From the sequence record OK018184: a stretch of DNA of 64,000 nt, one strand, 5' to 3'. Position numbers and translations under genes: made by a program. Under the pieces are notes generated by a model, which was not told where the DNA came from, searched no databases, and saw only the letters and a list, made by a program, of their open reading frames with translations. Origin of the DNA: Shigella phage CT01. The first letter of the stretch is position 1. Each line of letters starts with the position of its first letter. This document shows, in pieces, positions 18,842 to 27,226 of the stretch.

Positions 18842-19810
18842 TTATTTCAGAAGAGTAACCTCAGCAATTTCTTCCCAACCGTTTTTGTCGGTCATAATAA
18901 AGTCAGCAAGATAAAGAGCAGTACGCAGTGAAACATTGCGTAAACGATTAACATTAACTTTCATCCATGATAATGCTTTATAAGTTTCTTCATCAGAAAG
19001 ACCGCGCTTTTGCATCATGTCAGTTGAAAGAATAACATCTTCAACCCTGACCATAATTTCTTCATTAGTGTGAACACCCAAATCCAAATAAACCGAGCGG
19101 GACACTAATGCTTGTAAATGTGGAGCAAGTTTAGTACCACGGTCTAATTCGCGGTCAATGTCAACGTTTGTGATAAAAACAATCGTTCCTTTAAATTCAA
19201 ACTCACGCTCAATGCCTTTTTCTTCTAAGTAAGAAGATGCGGTGCTCCAGCAGACTTTACGGGTCTCTCCAGTGTCCAGAGCAGCTTTCAGAAGATTAAG
19301 AATGTCCATATCAGAGAAAACATCCACATCATCAATCAAAAGGACAGAATTCTCTTCACGATTATTCCAAAGCTGTTCATAAAGACCGATACCAGAGATT
19401 TTACCATTAATGCTTTTATATTCAATGTATCCATTATCATTTGCTTTATTCAAAGCTTTATCTAAAGAATACGTTTTACCAATACCCGCCGCACCAGAGA
19501 TAATTAATGAACGAATATTTCCGTTAATAATACCATTCGTCATCATTCCCATAACATTAAATCTTTTATTAATGCGGGTTTTCATATCTTCATATGATTC
19601 TTTAACTTCTTCAACTTTTACACCATCATATGAAATGTCTGATTTGTAAACCCAAACACCGCGACGCTTACCGTCAATTTCAACAAAAACTTTACCATCT
19701 CCTTGTGCATCTACCGGAGCATTATCTGGGAACCATTCACCTAAGAGCTCAAAAGTTCCAGAGATTTCTTTACCGAAGTAGATACCCTTATTGATAGTTA
19801 CAGTTTTCAT
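18842..19810 (-). CDS. AAA+/P-loop ATPase
   Basis: Walker A GAAGIGKT and Walker B LLIDDVD; ATG at 19810 preceded by GGAGAATAAA. Confidence 0.6.
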   Translation of the reverse strand: MKTVTINKGIYFGKEISGTFELLGEWFPDNAPVDAQGDGKVFVEIDGKRRGVWVYKSDISYDGVKVEEVKESYEDMKTRINKRFNVMGMMTNGIINGNIRSLIISGAAGIGKTYSLDKALNKANDNGYIEYKSINGKISGIGLYEQLWNNREENSVLLIDDVDVFSDMDILNLLKAALDTGETRKVCWSTASSYLEEKGIEREFEFKGTIVFITNVDIDRELDRGTKLAPHLQALVSRSVYLDLGVHTNEEIMVRVEDVILSTDMMQKRGLSDEETYKALSWMKVNVNRLRNVSLRTALYLADFIMTDKNGWEEIAEVTLLK

Positions 19811-19844
19811 TTTATTCTCCAATTTTACATTTGTTTTGATAGGG

Positions 19845-19878
19845 TAATAGTATCACACTACTACCCTGCTGTAAACAA
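19845..19878 (-). promoter_or_regulatory. T4 early-type promoter
   Basis: Minus strand reads GTTTAC, an 18-nt spacer, then TGATACTAT. Confidence 0.45.
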
Positions 19879-19879
19879 T

Positions 19880-20143
19880 TTATTTTAATGTTTGCCAAAT
19901 TTTTACTGCTTCGCGACGAGATACTTCTACGGCGCCAAGTTCTATAGCTTTTTGGCGTCGCCGAGCGTGTAAGTCATAATGTTTAATGCGTTTATCTTGA
20001 AACCAAGAACGTTTCATTCCTATTGCTTCTGCCATTTCATGAAGCTCTTCAATATCTCCATCAGTGAACATATGACAATTTTTAGTTGGATGACCGCGAA
20101 GTTTCCATCCATGATTCATTAAAACATCTACGTAAACTGTCAT
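19880..20143 (-). CDS. hypothetical protein (87 aa)
   Basis: ORF MTVYVDVLMNHGWKLRGHPTKNCHMFTDGDIEELHEMAEAIGMKRSWF...; its start region is tandemly duplicated. Confidence 0.5.
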   Translation of the reverse strand: MTVYVDVLMNHGWKLRGHPTKNCHMFTDGDIEELHEMAEAIGMKRSWFQDKRIKHYDLHARRRQKAIELGAVEVSRREAVKIWQTLK

Positions 20144-20306
20144 TGATTCTTCTCCAAATACATTCCTATTGCTTCTGCCATTTCATGAAGCTCTTCAATA
20201 TCTCCATCAGTGAACATATGACAATTTTTAGTTGGATGACCGCGAAGTTTCCATCCATGATTCATTAAAACATCTACGTAAACTGTCATTGATTCTTCTC
20301 CAAATA
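20015..20306. repeat. perfect tandem duplication, two units of 146 bp
   Basis: 20015-20160 is identical to 20161-20306; the unit holds the RBS and first 43 codons of the 87-aa gene plus the last 17 nt of the upstream gene. Confidence 0.9.
20140..20289 (-). pseudogene. duplication-derived truncated copy of the 87-aa gene (43 codons plus YLEKNQ)
   Basis: Second ATG at 20289 with the same RBS; the frame ends at a TGA overlapping the intact gene's ATG. Confidence 0.4.
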
Positions 20307-20435
20307 AGTTTCGATAATTTTCTGAGCGAGATAAACTGCATTATCTTCAGTTGCATCTTCTAAGAAACTTTCAAAACACTCTGAAATTTCTTCTGTGTCA
20401 ATCAACTTTTTTACTTCAATTGGTGTAATTTTCAT
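20286..20435 (-). CDS. small hypothetical protein
   Basis: ATG at 20435 gives MKITPIEVKKLIDTEEISECFESFLEDATEDNAVYLAQKIIETYLEKNQ; the longer track ORF would overlap the promoter. Confidence 0.4.
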   Translation of the reverse strand: MKITPIEVKKLIDTEEISECFESFLEDATEDNAVYLAQKIIETYLEKNQ

Positions 20436-20471
20436 TTTGTTTTTCCGTTTAAGTGTTTGTTTTGATAGTTG

Positions 20472-20504
20472 TATAGTACCATAAAGCTTTATGCTTGTAA
20501 ACAA
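20472..20504 (-). promoter_or_regulatory. T4 early-type promoter
   Basis: Minus strand reads GTTTAC, a 17-nt spacer, then TGGTACTAT. Confidence 0.45.
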
Positions 20505-20526
20505 TTTTGTGAAAAATTTTTGAAAT

Positions 20527-20552
20527 AAAAAAGGGAGCCCGAAGGCTCCCTA
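20527..20552 (-). terminator. hairpin terminator
   Basis: GGGAGCC-UUCG-GGCUCCC stem-loop followed on the minus strand by UUUUUUAUUU. Confidence 0.6.
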
Positions 20553-21566
20553 TCATTTATAATAACTTCGGTGGTTTTCAAGATAAACCCTCTCAAGGAA
20601 GTCATCCCAAAAACCCATGTCTACTTTTTGCTGCATACCGTTCTTAGAAGCTTCAGTAGATGCTGCTTCTACTTGATCGACCACATCTTCCAAAAACTCT
20701 TGAACCGTTTTAAATGGATGTTTACCCAACTTCACGTCGAGAATAAATGGAGCATCTTGGAGTGGATAAACCAAGTCACCAGTTTTGTAAATTTCCAATA
20801 GTTGGAGTCCACCACGGCAAGCATGACTCAGAGCTTTCCAGTCAATACCTTCATTGGCTTCGGCCTTACGAGCACGTTCACCGTATTCAGCATCTAATTT
20901 GTTCAGTGACTGCTTAAGCTCAATAAGAGAAAGCGTTGTCTGATATTTACGACCCAACACTGTGTAGAACGTCTGTGGGCCTGTTTTCTCATGATTATGG
21001 AATACCCATTCGCAGAATTCGTTCTCTGGAAGACGATGCTTAATATCTTCAACTTTAGTACGACGTTGTCCTTGTGTTCCATCTTCTCGGTAATCAACCC
21101 ACTGATCGGGGATTTGATTAACTACTTTCAATACATCACGTAATGCAGCCAAACGAGAACCCTTAACACCATATTTAGAAGCTTGCTTGCGGACATATCC
21201 TAAATAGGATTTCATGTTAGTCGTATAAAAACGAGAACGATTGTCTTGAATAAACTTCCATACATCAGGCAAATCAGATTTAACCACTAGCTCAGGTGGA
21301 GTGTGAAGCATATCCAATGCTACAGTTTCACCATCTGCTGCTAATTTAAAGAAATACTTAAGACTGTATAGTTCATGGTCAATATCATCTTTAGTGTTTT
21401 TAGATGATGTGTTGTTAGTGTTTTTACTCATATGCTCTTTAACATTTCCGATAAGAATATCACGAGCAGGAGGAACAAAGATTTCTTTAAAATCTACATC
21501 AGATTCTGGAGTAGAAGTTCCATAAAGATGACTACCGAAATAGCTTTTCATTACTGTTTTCATCAT
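20553..21566 (-). CDS. Pol-beta-superfamily nucleotidyltransferase-like protein
   Basis: N-terminal GS-x10-DVD motif (GSHLYGTSTPESDVDF) typical of the nucleotidyltransferase fold; 337 aa. Confidence 0.55.
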   Translation of the reverse strand: MMKTVMKSYFGSHLYGTSTPESDVDFKEIFVPPARDILIGNVKEHMSKNTNNTSSKNTKDDIDHELYSLKYFFKLAADGETVALDMLHTPPELVVKSDLPDVWKFIQDNRSRFYTTNMKSYLGYVRKQASKYGVKGSRLAALRDVLKVVNQIPDQWVDYREDGTQGQRRTKVEDIKHRLPENEFCEWVFHNHEKTGPQTFYTVLGRKYQTTLSLIELKQSLNKLDAEYGERARKAEANEGIDWKALSHACRGGLQLLEIYKTGDLVYPLQDAPFILDVKLGKHPFKTVQEFLEDVVDQVEAASTEASKNGMQQKVDMGFWDDFLERVYLENHRSYYK

Positions 21567-22024
21567 TCAGCCTTATATTCAATAACAGGACATACTTTAG
21601 CTTTACGCGTTTTTAAAAATTCGACGATAATAGATTTCTTGGGTTGAATAGGAGGTAAACCTTTATACGCCCTATCAATATTTTCTACATGTAAAGCATA
21701 ATCCTTTTTCCATTTATAATCTTTATATTTTTCATGTAGTTGTGCAGGAATAACAAATGAACCGATAATAAGTAAAACAAGAAAAATGGCAAGTATAAAT
21801 GCTGATGGAATAAGAGTCCATAAACTACCAAAAATAAGCCATTTCTGCATGATTTCTGCGCAGATGATAGTTAGACCTGCGAGTATAGTACATCCGAAAA
21901 AAGAAACGAAAAATGTAGGAATAACAATAGACCAAAAATACGCGCACAGTGTCTTAGGTCGTTTCCATTCATCATTAAACATTTTGAATAATTTATAGTG
22001 CCAAGAGCTTTCATTAATAATCAT
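21563..22024 (-). CDS. hypothetical integral membrane protein
   Basis: 153 aa with several hydrophobic segments. Confidence 0.5.
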   Translation of the reverse strand: MIINESSWHYKLFKMFNDEWKRPKTLCAYFWSIVIPTFFVSFFGCTILAGLTIICAEIMQKWLIFGSLWTLIPSAFILAIFLVLLIIGSFVIPAQLHEKYKDYKWKKDYALHVENIDRAYKGLPPIQPKKSIIVEFLKTRKAKVCPVIEYKAE

Positions 22025-22026
22025 AA

Positions 22027-22548
22027 TTATCCTTTCATTGAAGGTGTAACAGTTGTTAAATACTTAATCATAGCCTCAGCTTCTGATTTTGATAATGAAA
22101 TTTCTCCATTGTTTTGACGAATAGAAATAAAATCAGGATGACGGTCACCACCAGCTTTTAAAACACACATATAAGTATCAGTTTCATCTTCAATATTTGA
22201 AATGATTGAAGCAGTTCCACATGAATGTGGTTTTTGATAAATCAATGCAGCTTTTCTTCCACCGTTTGACTGTTCATAAACTTTTAACACATCAAACAAA
22301 TCACTTCTTTTATCAATAGCTAAGATGTTATTTTCATCTTCAATGTTAAATCCTTCGGATACTTCATAAAGTGTCACCCATAAATCACCGATGTCAATAA
22401 CAGCATTTACTTTTCCATGACTTTCAAGAGCACGGCAAATTTTCTTGATTTCGTCATAACTCATTTTAATAATATCATCTCCTTGAATAAGGAAGATGTC
22501 ATTTTTAAATTCAACACGAATTAAACCACTTTCACTTGAAATAAACAT
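22027..22548 (-). CDS. hypothetical protein, paralog A
   Basis: 173 aa; C-terminus ISLSKSEAEAMIKYLTTVTPSMKG resembles that of the next ORF. Confidence 0.5.
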   Translation of the reverse strand: MFISSESGLIRVEFKNDIFLIQGDDIIKMSYDEIKKICRALESHGKVNAVIDIGDLWVTLYEVSEGFNIEDENNILAIDKRSDLFDVLKVYEQSNGGRKAALIYQKPHSCGTASIISNIEDETDTYMCVLKAGGDRHPDFISIRQNNGEISLSKSEAEAMIKYLTTVTPSMKG

Positions 22549-22554
22549 ATTTCC

Positions 22555-23121
22555 TCACTTTGAAATCATAGTTGGAATGACAGAATCAAGATAAGTCTTT
22601 AGCGCAATAGCTTCGTCTTTGGTAAATGTGACAATATGTGATCGAAAATCATCAATTTGACGAATAGTTAAGACATCTCCCTCTTCATAACATTTTGATA
22701 CATTTAAAAGAGTTTCATCATTCTGATCGCACTGATCGCAATCGTTAGTAATAATAGCATTGCAATTTTTGAGCCATTTTAAACTATGTTTTCTTTCATT
22801 AGAATAATAAAAATATTTAATCTTAGCTATAAAACTATCCCAATGAATAACTGATAAACACATTGACTCACTTTTAATATTAAATCCTGGGCATGAAGAA
22901 TAAAAATGAATTTTGTGCTCATCATTGATGCTTACTATTTTATCAGTATAAGGATATTCAATTTGGGTTAAATGAATGATTTCACTAGGCGTAAAATACA
23001 GCATATCGTCTTCTTGCGTCAAACGATACATGTTATTTACTTTTTCTATAGCCAATTCACCAAAAAGCGGACTAACTTCTAATACTAATCGTTTCATATT
23101 GATTCTCTTCGACTCACTCAC
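22555..23121 (-). CDS. hypothetical protein, paralog B
   Basis: 188 aa; C-terminus VTFTKDEAIALKTYLDSVIPTMISK. Confidence 0.5.
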   Translation of the reverse strand: MSESKRINMKRLVLEVSPLFGELAIEKVNNMYRLTQEDDMLYFTPSEIIHLTQIEYPYTDKIVSINDEHKIHFYSSCPGFNIKSESMCLSVIHWDSFIAKIKYFYYSNERKHSLKWLKNCNAIITNDCDQCDQNDETLLNVSKCYEEGDVLTIRQIDDFRSHIVTFTKDEAIALKTYLDSVIPTMISK

Positions 23122-23288
23122 AATTACATACTCCTTTGAATAATATCAATAATGTTGTTCACTAGATTATAAGTAAACATTGGGTAATTATATTGAATCA
23201 TCACATACACAACAAACAAAACTTTCATTCTCTTCTCCTTGGCAGTTGACAAGATTACTATATCATAACCTTGCCAACTTGTAAACCA

Positions 23289-23462
23289 TTAAATGACGTT
23301 TTCAATAAAATTCTGAAGCTTTGTGTGAGCATCAACCATGATTTTCATTTCTTCCTTTGCGAAAGCTGTACCTCTTTCTCGAGCAGAATACTCATAGTCA
23401 GAAACTGCATTAGCATATTCTTCAATTAGCTTCATTAAAAACATCTGCTTTTCAGTTTTCAT
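23289..23462 (-). CDS. small hypothetical protein (57 aa), not in the ORF track
   Basis: ATG at 23462; hand translation MKTEKQMFLMKLIEEYANAVSDYEYSAREGTAFAKEEMKIMVDAHTKLQNFIENVI (approximate). Confidence 0.35.
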   Translation of the reverse strand: MKTEKQMFLMKLIEEYANAVSDYEYSARERGTAFAKEEMKIMVDAHTKLQNFIENVI

Positions 23463-23646
23463 TATTCCACCTAATCATTTCAAGATATTGAACTAACTTA
23501 GCTTTGGATTTATCCAAATCCTTTTTAGCTGCTTCTATACCATCGTATGAATATCCTTCACAGTGCTCAACTGCTAATTGATATGAATCTATTTCAACAT
23601 CACGTGCTAATTTAATGATTTTTTCAAACTGTTCGTGTGTCAGCAT
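23452..23646 (-). CDS. small hypothetical protein
   Basis: 64-aa helical ORF. Confidence 0.4.
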   Translation of the reverse strand: MLTHEQFEKIIKLARDVEIDSYQLAVEHCEGYSYDGIEAAKKDLDKSKAKLVQYLEMIRWNNEN

Positions 23647-23648
23647 AC

Positions 23649-23852
23649 TTAAACTCTCGTATTATGATCGATAATTTCATCAAGAAACATATCTAAAGCT
23701 TCTACAGCATTATCAACTTTAGCTTCAAGTTCTTCAGCGCCTTTATTTGCAATGCCTGCCGAAAACCAAGCAAAGTCACTAAGTTCCTCGTCTGCTTTGC
23801 GAATTAAAGCTACCAATTCTTTAATTTTATCTGCTTGTTCGATACTAATCAT
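23649..23852 (-). CDS. small hypothetical protein
   Basis: 67-aa acidic helical ORF. Confidence 0.4.
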   Translation of the reverse strand: MISIEQADKIKELVALIRKADEELSDFAWFSAGIANKGAEELEAKVDNAVEALDMFLDEIIDHNTRV

Positions 23853-24040
23853 TATTCAACCACATATGAAAGAGAGAATATTGCACACGCCATATGAGTT
23901 GCAGCTTCATCACACATATCATAACGTTTCTTAAGAAGTTCTTCAAGTTCTTCACTAGTAACATCATCCATGTTGACGAAAAAATCACCATTAATGATGA
24001 CGTAGATATTTCCTTCTTGATTAAGTGCTTCAATTTTCAT
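23852..24040 (-). CDS. small hypothetical protein
   Basis: Internal ATG at 24040 placed just downstream of the promoter; the track ORF extends to 24187. Confidence 0.4.
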   Translation of the reverse strand: MKIEALNQEGNIYVIINGDFFVNMDDVTSEELEELLKKRYDMCDEAATHMACAIFSLSYVVE

Positions 24041-24066
24041 GATGTTCTCCTCTTTATCCGATGGTT

Positions 24067-24100
24067 GTATAGTATCACAGCTCAAATGGAAAGTAAACCA
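24067..24100 (-). promoter_or_regulatory. T4 early-type promoter
   Basis: Minus strand reads GTTTAC, an 18-nt spacer, then TGATACTAT. Confidence 0.45.
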
Positions 24101-24109
24101 GTAAAATGA

Positions 24110-24133
24110 AAAAGTCTCCCGAAGGAGACTAAT
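24110..24133 (-). terminator. hairpin terminator
   Basis: AGUCUCC-UUCG-GGAGACU stem-loop followed on the minus strand by UUUUCAUUUU. Confidence 0.6.
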
Positions 24134-24134
24134 G

Positions 24135-24521
24135 TTATTCGAGGGAAAGAAGATACTTACTCTGGTAAAACATTCCAGTAATATCATCTATCGTGCTTTG
24201 AATGGCTGGAGGCATTTCTTTGTAAATGCTGTTAGATTGGTCTAGTATACGATCAATCATTTTAATTGTGTCGGTAGGAAGTTTACTAGCATCTGGAATT
24301 GAAGGTGTGTATTTTCTACCAGAATACCCCAAATATTGCTCGCCAAATTTATCAATCAAATCTGGCAACTCGGAAAAAATAAAATCGTATGCTTTGTGTC
24401 TAGCATAACTTTTAGTTTCAAAATGCGCAGAATGAAAATAAGCTTGTGCAGCCATTAATAAACCTAAGTATTCATCTGCCTTTGAAGGTTTTCCACTTTG
24501 TGAAAAGTCGCTGAATTTCAT
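24135..24521 (-). CDS. hypothetical protein (rI.1 position)
   Basis: 128-aa ORF downstream of rI. Confidence 0.5.
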   Translation of the reverse strand: MKFSDFSQSGKPSKADEYLGLLMAAQAYFHSAHFETKSYARHKAYDFIFSELPDLIDKFGEQYLGYSGRKYTPSIPDASKLPTDTIKMIDRILDQSNSIYKEMPPAIQSTIDDITGMFYQSKYLLSLE

Positions 24522-24811
24522 TCAGTCTCCAATTTAATGTTCATAATTCTAGCGTATGATTGTGCCATCTCCGCGCCTCGCTCTATACATTCAAAATCAG
24601 AAGAGCACGGGTCATTTTTATAGGTCGTTCTCATAAAACTATAGAATTGTTCAGACGATTCTACGCTTTTATTTTCAAAAAGTGTATAAACGTGCCTAAT
24701 ACCAGATTCCATAAATTTATCAAAATGAGGATCGACATTCGCTTCAATCGGCGGAGATAAAACAAACGCTAATCCTAGCATGGCGAATAGTGCCGTTGCT
24801 TTTAAGGCCAT
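24518..24811 (-). CDS. rI: lysis inhibition regulator rI
   Basis: 97 aa, MALKATALFAMLGLAFVLSPPIEANVDPHFDKF..., signal-anchor N-terminus; matches T4 RI as recalled. Confidence 0.7.
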   Translation of the reverse strand: MALKATALFAMLGLAFVLSPPIEANVDPHFDKFMESGIRHVYTLFENKSVESSEQFYSFMRTTYKNDPCSSDFECIERGAEMAQSYARIMNIKLETE

Positions 24812-24823
24812 AAAGGCCTCCTA

Positions 24824-25036
24824 TCATTTTTGTCCTGTATTTACTTTATGCCGGTGCACGGCCTTAACTTTATCAAGGTATTTTTCAAAATTTCGCAATC
24901 TAGTATAGTCTGCCGGAGATTGGTTGAGCGATACTTCTCGACGCAAAGCTGAAATGATATTTCCAACTTCCCTACGAATTTCATCTAATTGAAGCACAGT
25001 AAGATTGCGAAGTTGCTTTTCAGTTAATTGTAGCAT
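24824..25036 (-). CDS. hypothetical protein
   Basis: 70-aa ORF between tk and rI. Confidence 0.5.
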
Positions 25037-25078
25037 ATATACCCCTTTAGTTAGATAAACCTATTTATAACTTTTGCA

Positions 25079-25660
25079 CTAACCGAGCTTTTTAGTTAAT
25101 TCATTCCAATGTTTTCTACACAAAGAAACGTAAATTTCATCACCAATACAGATTTGATTACCTTCTTTAACTGGTGTTCCATCTTCCATTAATCGAGCTG
25201 TCATAATCGCTTTTTTACCGCAATGACAAACTGCTTTTAGTTCAATAAGTTTATCTGCAATCGCCAAAAGTTCTTTAGAACCTTCAAATAATTTTCCAGC
25301 GAAATCAGTCCTTAGTCCATAAGCCATAACAGGAACATTATATGTATCAACAATTCGGCTTAATTGATGTACCTGTTCAGTTTTTAAAAACTGTGCTTCA
25401 TCTACAAATACGCAATGAATATCTTTTTGTGCTTCAGCCCATTTATAGAACTCAAAAATATCCATATCATCCGTAATAATATTCGCTTCCTGCTTAATTC
25501 CAATGCGAGAAACGACTTCACAGACAGAATCGCGAGTATCAATAGCAGGTTTAAGAACTAATACACCCATTCCGCGTTCTTTATAATTATGCGCAGCAGT
25601 CAAAAGAGAAGCAGATTTTCCAGCATTCATTGCTGCATAAGTAAAAATTAAACTCGCCAT
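25079..25660 (-). CDS. tk: thymidine kinase
   Basis: 193 aa with P-loop AMNAGKSAS and a C-terminal zinc-binding CHCGKKA region. Confidence 0.85.
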   Translation of the reverse strand: MASLIFTYAAMNAGKSASLLTAAHNYKERGMGVLVLKPAIDTRDSVCEVVSRIGIKQEANIITDDMDIFEFYKWAEAQKDIHCVFVDEAQFLKTEQVHQLSRIVDTYNVPVMAYGLRTDFAGKLFEGSKELLAIADKLIELKAVCHCGKKAIMTARLMEDGTPVKEGNQICIGDEIYVSLCRKHWNELTKKLG

Positions 25661-25669
25661 ATCACCTTC

Positions 25670-25855
25670 TTAAAGCGTATTCACATAAGCTATTAATTCG
25701 TTTTCTTTCTTATCAAACCGATCAGCAAATTCTTCCTGCTGTTCGGGAGATAGCGGGCCGTATTCATCATAAAAGGTGTTTGCTTCTGTATGCTCATCTA
25801 GAAGTTCATGGATAAGCTCAAACAATTTATCTTTTTGTTCTTTGCTCAGACTCAT
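25670..25855 (-). CDS. small hypothetical protein
   Basis: 61-aa acidic ORF. Confidence 0.45.
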   Translation of the reverse strand: MSLSKEQKDKLFELIHELLDEHTEANTFYDEYGPLSPEQQEEFADRFDKKENELIAYVNTL

Positions 25856-26025
25856 ATATTAATTTCCAGAAGTTTTAAAATAATTCGCTTTTGCTTAAAT
25901 ATTTCCATAGTTAAATGATCAGTATCTTTTTGACCAATTCCAATGGCAAAACCTTTATTAACAGCGAGTTCAATTAAATTATCAAGTTCACGTAACACTT
26001 CATATTGTAACTCAAAACTATTCAT
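25854..26025 (-). CDS. small hypothetical protein (57 aa), not in the ORF track
   Basis: ATG at 26025 overlaps the upstream stop (ATGA) and its stop overlaps the next ATG; hand translation MNSFELQYEVLRELDNLIELAVNKGFAIGIGQKDTDHLTMEIFKQKRIILKLLEINI. Confidence 0.4.
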
Positions 26026-26228
26026 TTTGGTTTACCTTCTTTAACGAAATCAGGATAAGCAAAAATTCCTGAATAAAATCCTTCGCCTTTATGATTGATG
26101 CATCCTTTATTAGAGCAATAGCACCAATAATCGAAATCACAAGCCATTTCATCATTGCATAAAGCAAAAACAACTGGCCATTTACACTTTTCACAATGGG
26201 CATTTTTAAGAATACTAGTTTGGCTCAT
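26022..26228 (-). CDS. small cysteine-rich protein
   Basis: ATG at 26228 overlaps the upstream stop (ATGA); cysteine-rich product CEKCKW...CNDEMACDFDYWCYCSNKGC. Confidence 0.4.
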   Translation of the reverse strand: MSQTSILKNAHCEKCKWPVVFALCNDEMACDFDYWCYCSNKGCINHKGEGFYSGIFAYPDFVKEGKPK

Positions 26229-26437
26229 AACCATGTAACCTTTAAGCAATATTCTTCTACATGTTGTTTACGACCTTTCTTATCAATAAAGGTATATTCA
26301 ACGAATGTTCCAATATAGTCTTTATCTACATCATGTGGACTATTAATTGGGCATTTAGTACGGCAAATGCGTTCCCATTGACGAATAATTTCCGCTTTAT
26401 TTTTAGGGTCAAACGGATGCGGGTAATGTGCTTTCAT
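26225..26437 (-). CDS. small hypothetical protein
   Basis: 70-aa ORF. Confidence 0.4.
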   Translation of the reverse strand: MKAHYPHPFDPKNKAEIIRQWERICRTKCPINSPHDVDKDYIGTFVEYTFIDKKGRKQHVEEYCLKVTWL

Positions 26438-26888
26438 AATCCACCACTATTAAATCAATATCAGGAGTAAACATGTCGATTAATTTAGAAACCTTATCCC
26501 AATCGCCTCCAGCAATACCGCAACCTATGCGTGGAATATAAATTACTGGTTTAAACAAAAGGGTCTCTGCCTGTAGATTTAATTCTATCATGCAGTTTAC
26601 TAAAGCACCATAATCAAGATTAGGACCCGGTTCGTATTGTGTATACAGGTTATAGCATATACCAAATCCTGTAGGATTATGTTTAAAAACAATAGACATA
26701 TCGCCTAATTTATCACGAGAACCGTACTCGGTAGTGGTTTTATCTATTTCTAAAATTTTGGGATAGGCTCTTGCTAATTGACCCGCTACACCAGAGCCCA
26801 TTGTGTGGAAGCAGTTGCATCCGTGCGCAATAATATTACCTTGAAGAAATAGGGCGACAATATCGCCCTTGATATATTTTACAATCAT
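26409..26888 (-). CDS. macro-domain-like protein (putative ADP-ribose binding or hydrolase)
   Basis: 159 aa with glycine-rich motifs GNIIAHGCNC...MGSGVAGQLA and IPRIGCGIAGGD that resemble macro-domain ADP-ribose binding loops. Confidence 0.5.
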   Translation of the reverse strand: MIVKYIKGDIVALFLQGNIIAHGCNCFHTMGSGVAGQLARAYPKILEIDKTTTEYGSRDKLGDMSIVFKHNPTGFGICYNLYTQYEPGPNLDYGALVNCMIELNLQAETLLFKPVIYIPRIGCGIAGGDWDKVSKLIDMFTPDIDLIVVDYESTLPASV

Positions 26889-27226
26889 CTAGTACTCAAT
26901 CCTCGATTATAAGAATCTACCAAACGGTCAACCATTGAATGACAAGCGGCTTTATCTTTCTCCTCCGCAACTGAACATTCTAAGGTATTCCACTTTTTAG
27001 CATATCGTTTTAATAAAGTATCATTTTTGTATCTGCTTGATTTATCTCTTTCTCCGTCTTTATATGCATATATTAATTTCTGCGCAAATTCAGCTTGGCA
27101 TGCTTTATTTTTCCCACAATAATCCGCGGCAGTACGGTTTACATACTCTCTAATTTCAGTGTATGATGTATTTGCTAACGCAGAAAATGAAATTAATCCT
27201 ACACATAAAACCAAAATTTTAGTCAT
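26885..27226 (-). CDS. secreted/periplasmic hypothetical protein
   Basis: 113 aa with an N-terminal signal peptide MTKILVLCVGLISFSALA. Confidence 0.5.
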   Translation of the reverse strand: MTKILVLCVGLISFSALANTSYTEIREYVNRTAADYCGKNKACQAEFAQKLIYAYKDGERDKSSRYKNDTLLKRYAKKWNTLECSVAEEKDKAACHSMVDRLVDSYNRGLSTR

